Shown one piece after another: positions 23,719 through 24,479 of a stretch of DNA of 24,479 nucleotides; positions within the stretch are counted from its first letter, which is position 1; the number at the start of each line of letters is the position of its first letter. Under the pieces are notes generated by a model. It made no database searches and was not told the DNA's origin. It was given only the letters and a program-made list of their open reading frames with translations. The DNA is from Candidatus Woesearchaeota archaeon (lineage in GTDB: Archaea > Nanobdellota > Nanobdellia > Woesearchaeales > JAGVYJ01). A program made the position numbers and the translations under genes. Location of the stretch: positions 1-24,479 of the forward strand of contig JAGVYJ010000031.1 in assembly GCA_018303315.1 (NCBI GenBank). The letters run 5' to 3'.

Positions 23719-24478
23719 TATGGCTAAATCTCTCTGAAAGGTATCTTCTGTGATGCGGGTTGAGAACGTCAACTCTGTCCAAAAGGGCCTGTGTAGCACC
23801 ACTGTAAACTGTGACCTTTGTCGAATGATTGCCAGATGTGTTTGTGCAGATTCGCACAGTCGGCTCCACATGCAGATTGGCCAGCAAATCAGCGATGCTA
23901 TTAGTGTAAGCGGGATTTATGGAATTGAATTGTATTGCCGGTCTGCCGTGGTTGTTGTAAAAGGTTCCGGAGCCTGCCAGCACTCCTTCAAAGAAATTTT
24001 GGGCAAAAACGCCCCTCCCCAGCCATGGCAGCCGCTGTCTCACATGAGGATGCGCCAGCGGAATCCTCAGGTCATTAATCAGAAAGCCTGCAATTGCGCT
24101 TGATGCCACGGCAACATAAGGTCTGCGCACCTCGCGATTTCCGTTTGCCGACTGGTACTCAGAAGGTATCCTGAATGCAACTTCGCCTACCTTTTTTTCC
24201 AGGTTGAAGAGTTCTGAGAAAGCCTGTGCAACGAATTCCTCAAACAAAGGAGTGTCAAACCGCCTTCCCTGGACATTAATAAAATTCATTTCACCATTAC
24301 TTGATTTTTTTATGATTCCCCTGGACCAGACAAGCCCAAGCAAACGGGCAACCCCGGCATCAATTGGATATGGAAGCCGTATTCCCCTCTGCCAGTCATT
24401 AGCAGAAGGCTGAAATCTCCTGTAAAAAGCCCGCACATAAAACAAATTCCCTGTTAAGTAGTCTCCGTCAAGAAAAGC
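23687..24478 (-). CDS. LAGLIDADG-fold protein (two motifs, catalytic acids absent), 5' end outside window
   Basis: ARLLGLVWSRG and NFFEGVLAGSG resemble the two LAGLIDADG helices; IQFNSINPAYTNSIADLLANLHVEPTV resembles the downstream beta-helix element. The frame stays open past TTG 24445 to the window edge (AFLDGDYLTGN...). Confidence 0.65.
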   Translation of the reverse strand, partial: AFLDGDYLTGNLFYVRAFYRRFQPSANDWQRGIRLPYPIDAGVARLLGLVWSRGIIKKSSNGEMNFINVQGRRFDTPLFEEFVAQAFSELFNLEKKVGEVAFRIPSEYQSANGNREVRRPYVAVASSAIAGFLINDLRIPLAHPHVRQRLPWLGRGVFAQNFFEGVLAGSGTFYNNHGRPAIQFNSINPAYTNSIADLLANLHVEPTVRICTNTSGNHSTKVTVYSGATQALLDRVDVLNPHHRRYLSERFSHTIPELSAFPA

Positions 24479-24479
24479 C

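Noticed and set aside
23720-23737. Mini-ORF MAKSL* 1 nt after the RPA32 winged-helix stop, possibly a stump of the next operon gene
   Set aside because: Only five codons, lying wholly antisense within the LAGLIDADG-fold ORF; chance is sufficient.
449-24413. Numerous antisense and alternate-frame ORFs over the core genes (e.g. 3288-3971, 3984-4607, 22811-23557)
   Set aside because: Shadow ORFs of conserved genes, with no motifs or independent start signals.
1-24479. CRISPR array, rRNA, IS element
   Set aside because: No regularly spaced repeats, rRNA signatures, transposase motifs or terminal inverted repeats were seen.

Overview
Archaeal core-genome window, most consistent with a DPANN (Woesearchaeota-like) genome; the taxonomy is inference from gene content and protein features. 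1-13415 (+) is the S10/spc ribosomal superoperon (3' end of uL3 through uL15, with SUI1 and RNase P protein Rpp29), then secY and a DUF106/EMC3-like membrane protein, with adk absent. A separately promoted eL34-eL14 pair follows (cmk absent), then a degenerate Tag-like glycosylase. On the minus strand lie a tRNA gene the ORF track cannot show, pheT, pheS and a TrmB-family regulator. After a ~770 bp regulatory/orphan region come tbp, a SAM methyltransferase, mcm, a frameshifted RPA32-like gene and a convergent, 5'-truncated LAGLIDADG-fold ORF lacking catalytic acids. The most notable signal is the tRNA at 14965-15091 (-). It has a 43-nt intron in the T-loop (59/60) with a full bulge-helix-bulge motif, and a serine-type body (GCCGG acceptor, G73, long variable arm) carrying a leucine GAG anticodon. 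No CRISPR array, rRNA or recognisable transposase was seen. All calls are by eye from motifs and synteny; no searches were run.
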